Shown here piece after piece: positions 36,190-39,886 of a stretch of 39,886 nucleotides of DNA; position 1 is the stretch's first letter; every line of letters starts with the position of its first letter. The position numbers and the translations under genes were made by a program. The notes below the pieces were generated by a model. It saw only the letters and a program-made list of their open reading frames with translations, had not been told where the DNA came from and made no database searches. Origin of the DNA: Octopus bimaculoides (Eukaryota); NCBI RefSeq assembly GCF_001194135.2, contig NC_068982.1:46747442-46787327 (forward strand), given 5' to 3'.

Positions 36190-39100
36190 TGTCATGTGAC
36201 ATTATGGATTGACCCTGGCCCTCTGGCGAATATCCGACATGTCATGTAATGTTATGGAATGGGTCTGTCCCTCTGGCGAATATCCCGACATGTCATGTAA
36301 CGCTATGAGTTGGGTCTACCCCTCTGGCAAATCCCCGACATGTGATGTAATGTTATGGATTGGGTCTGCCCCTCTGGCAAATATCCGACATGTCATGTAA
36401 AGTTATAAATTGTGTTTGCCCCTCTGGCAAATCTCCGACATGTCATGTAACATTATAGATTGGGTCTGCCCCATTGGCGAATCCCTGACATGTCATGTAA
36501 CATTATGCGTTGGGTCTGCCTCTCTGGCGAATATCAGACATGACATGTAATGTTATGCATTGGGTCTGCCCCTCTGGCAAATATCCGGCATGTCATGTAA
36601 CATTATGCGTTGGGTCTGCCCCTCTGGCGAATCCCTGACATGTCATGTAACATTATGNNNNNNNNNNNNNNNNNNNNNNNNNNNNNNNNNNNNNNNNNNN
36701 NNNNNNNNNNNNNNNNNNNNNNNNNNNNNNNNNNNNNNNNNNNNNNNNNNNNNNNNNNNNNNNNNNNNNNNNNNNNNNNNNNNNNNNNNNNNNNNNNNNN
36801 NNNNNNNNNNNNNNNNNNNNNNNNNNNNNNNNNNNNNNNNNNNNNNNNNNNNNNNNNNNNNNNNNNNNNNNNNNNNNNNNNNNNNNNNNNNNNNNNNNNN
36901 NNNNNNNNNNNNNNNNNNNNNNNNNNNNNNNNNNNNNNNNNNNNNNNNNNNNNNNNNNNNNNNNNNNNNNNNNNNNNNNNNNNNNNNNNNNNNNNNNNNN
37001 NNNNNNNNNNNNNNNNNNNNNNNNNNNNNNNNNNNNNNNNNNNNNNNNNNNNNNNNNNNNNNNNNNNNNNNNNNNNNNNNNNNNNNNNNNNNNNNNNNNN
37101 NNNNNNNNNNNNNNNNNNNNNNNNNNNNNNNNNNNNNNNNNNNNNNNNNNNNNNNNNNNNNNNNNNNNNNNNNNNNNNNNNNNNNNNNNNNNNNNNNNNN
37201 NNNNNNNNNNNNNNNNNNNNNNNNNNNNNNNNNNNNNNNNNNNNNNNNNNNNNNNNNNNNNNNNNNNNNNNNNNNNNNNNNNNNNNNNNNNNNNNNNNNN
37301 NNNNNNNNNNNNNNNNNNNNNNNNNNNNNNNNNNNNNNNATGTAATGTTATGGGTTGGGTCTGCCCCTCTGGCGAATATCCGACATGTCATGTAATGTTA
37401 TGGATTGGGTCTCCCCCTTTGGCGAATATCCGACATGTCATGCAATGTTATGCATTGGGTCTGCCCCTCTGGCAAATATCCGGCATGTCATGTAACATTA
37501 TGCGTTGGGTCTGCCCCTCTGGCGAATCCCTGACATGTCATGTAACATTATGCGTTGGGTCTGCCTCTCTGGCGAATATCAGACATGACATGTAATGTTA
37601 TGCATTGGGTCTGCCCCTCTGGCAAATATCCGACAAGTCATGTAATGTTATGGGTTGGGTCTGCCCCTCTGGCGAATATCCGATATGTCATGTAATGTTA
37701 TGGATTGGGTCTGCCGCTCTGGCGAATATCCGACATGTCATGTAATGTTATGGAATGGGTCTGCCCCTCTGGCGAATATCCCGACATGTCATGTAACGCT
37801 ATGAGTTGGGTCTACCCCTCTGGCAAATCCCCGACATGTGATGTAATGTTATGGATTGGGTCTGCCCCTCTGGCAAATATCCGACATGTCATGTAACGTT
37901 ATAAATTGTGTCTGCCCCTCTGGCAAATCTTCGACATGTCATGTAACATTATGGATTGGGTCTGCCCCATTGGCGAATCCCTGACATGTCATGTAACATT
38001 ATGTGTTGGGTCTGCTCCTCTGGCGAATATCCGACATGTCATGTAACGTTATGAATTGTGTCTGCCCCTCTGGCAAATCTCCGACATGTCATGTAACGTT
38101 ATGAATTGGATCTGGCCCTTTGGCGAATATCCGACATGACATGTAATGTTATGCATTGGGTCTGCCCCTCTGGCAAATATCCGNNNNNNNNNNNNNNNNN
38201 NNNNNNNNNNNNNNNNNNNNNNNNNNNNNNNNNNNNNNNNNNNNNNNNNNNNNNNNNNNNNNNNNNNNNNNNNNNNNNNNNNNNNNNNNNNNNNNNNNNN
38301 NNNNNNNNNNNNNNNNNNNNNNNNNNNNNNNNNNNNNNNNNNNNNNNNNNNNNNNNNNNNNNNNNNNNNNNNNNNNNNNNNNNNNNNNNNNNNNNNNNNN
38401 NNNNNNNNNNNNNNNNNNNNNNNNNNNNNNNNNNNNNNNNNNNNNNNNNNNNNNNNNNNNNNNNNNNNNNNNNNNNNNNNNNNNNNNNNNNNNNNNNNNN
38501 NNNNNNNNNNNNNNNNNNNNNNNNNNNNNNNNNNNNNNNNNNNNNNNNNNNNNNNNNNNNNNNNNNNNNNNNNNNNNNNNNNNNNNNNNNNNNNNNNNNN
38601 NNNNNNNNNNNNNNNNNNNNNNNNNNNNNNNNNNNNNNNNNNNNNNNNNNNNNNNNNNNNNNNNNNNNNNNNNNNNNNNNNNNNNNNNNNNNNNNNNNNN
38701 NNNNNNNNNNNNNNNNNNNNNNNNNNNNNNNNNNNNNNNNNNNNNNNNNNNNNNNNNNNNNNNNNNNNNNNNNNNNNNNNNNNNNNNNNNNNNNNNNNNN
38801 NNNNNNNNNNNNNNNNNNNNNNNNNNNNNNNNNNNNNNNNNNNNNNNNNNNNNNNNNNNNNNNNNNNNNNNNNNNNATGTAATGTTATGGGTTGGGTCTT
38901 CCCCTTTGGAGAATATCTGACATGTCATGTAATGTTATGGGTTGGGTCTGCCCCTTTGGAGAATATCCGACATGTCATGTAATGTTATGGATTGGGTCTG
39001 CCGCTCTGGCGAATATCCGACATGTCATGTAATGTTATGGGTTGGGTCTGCCCCTTTGGAGAATATCCGACATGTCATATAATATTATGGATTGGGTCTG

Positions 39101-39886
39101 CCCCTTTGGCGAATATCTGACATGTCATGCAATGTTATGGATTGGGTCTGCCCCTCTGGCAAATATCCGACATGTCATGTAATGTTATGGGTTTTGTCTG
39201 CCCCTCTGGCGAATATCCGACATGTCACGTAACGTTATGGATTGGGTCTGCCCCTCTGGCGAATATCCGACATGTCATGTAATGTTATGGGTTGGGTCTG
39301 CCCCTTTGGAGGATATCCGACATGTCATGTAATGTTATGGGTTGGGTCTGCCCTTCTGGCGAGTATCCGACATGTCATGTAATGTTATGGATTGGGTCTG
39401 CCCTTCTGGCGAATATCTGACATGTCATGTAACGTTATGAGTTGGGTCTACCCCTCTGGCAAATCCCCGACATGTGATGTAATGTTATGGATTGGGTCTG
39501 CCCCTCTGGCAAATCCCTGACATGTCATGTAACATTATAGATTCGGTCTGCCCCTCTGGCAAATATCCGACATGTCATGTAACGTTATAAATTGTGTCTG
39601 CCCCTCTGGCAAATCTCCGACATGTCATGTAACATTATGCGTTCTGTCTGCCCCTCTGGCAAATCTCCGACATGTCATGTAACGTTATGAATTGTGTCTG
39701 CCCCTCTGGCAAATCTCCGACATGTCATGTAACGTTATGAATTGGATCTGGCCCTTTGGCGAATATCCGACATGACATGTAATGTTATGCATTGGGTCTG
39801 CCCCTCTGACAAATATCCGACATGTCATGTAATGTTATGGGTTTTGTCTGCCCCTCTGGCGAATATCTGACATGTCATGTAACGTT
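36190..39886. repeat. 50-bp satellite, consensus CATGTCATGTAATGTTATGGATTGGGTCTGCCCCTCTGGCGAATATCCGA, with two N-gaps; continues past the window end
   Basis: Head-to-tail 49-51-bp monomers throughout the sequenced parts. Confidence 0.97.

Noticed and set aside
36209-37896. Repeated Cys/Trp-rich ORFs in the satellite
   Set aside because: They are chance frames of a 50-bp repeat that is not a multiple of three, with frequent stops.
21675-38982. Long ORFs in the track made mostly of X (21675-22155, 24730-25972, 36560-37395, 38106-38982)
   Set aside because: They are read-through of N-gaps. Only the tail of 24887..25972 is meaningful, as the retrotransposon remnant.

Overview
AT-rich eukaryotic genomic DNA with about ten N-gaps. 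It is probably from an octopus, inferred from the SINE complement and a mollusc-type cytochrome b fragment. The only host gene I can support is a minus-strand tubulin polyglutamylase of the TTLL6/TTLL13 type. It is represented by two in-phase GT-AG exons (23704-23834 and 7582-7738) separated by a 15,965-bp intron, and no other exon was found, so most or all of the remaining sequence is probably intron. That sequence contains many tRNA-derived SINE copies, four decayed Tc1/mariner elements, hAT-like and TTAA/piggyBac-like MITEs, and a 5'-truncated restriction-like-endonuclease retrotransposon sitting inside a (TACA)n microsatellite. It also has a cytb NUMT, a ~347-nt near-perfect foldback, a degenerate minimal hammerhead-like motif, several mini/microsatellites and a 50-bp satellite that runs off the right end. 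Nearly all ORFs in the supplied track are artefacts of microsatellites, N-runs or SINEs. Element boundaries were read by eye and are approximate unless stated otherwise.
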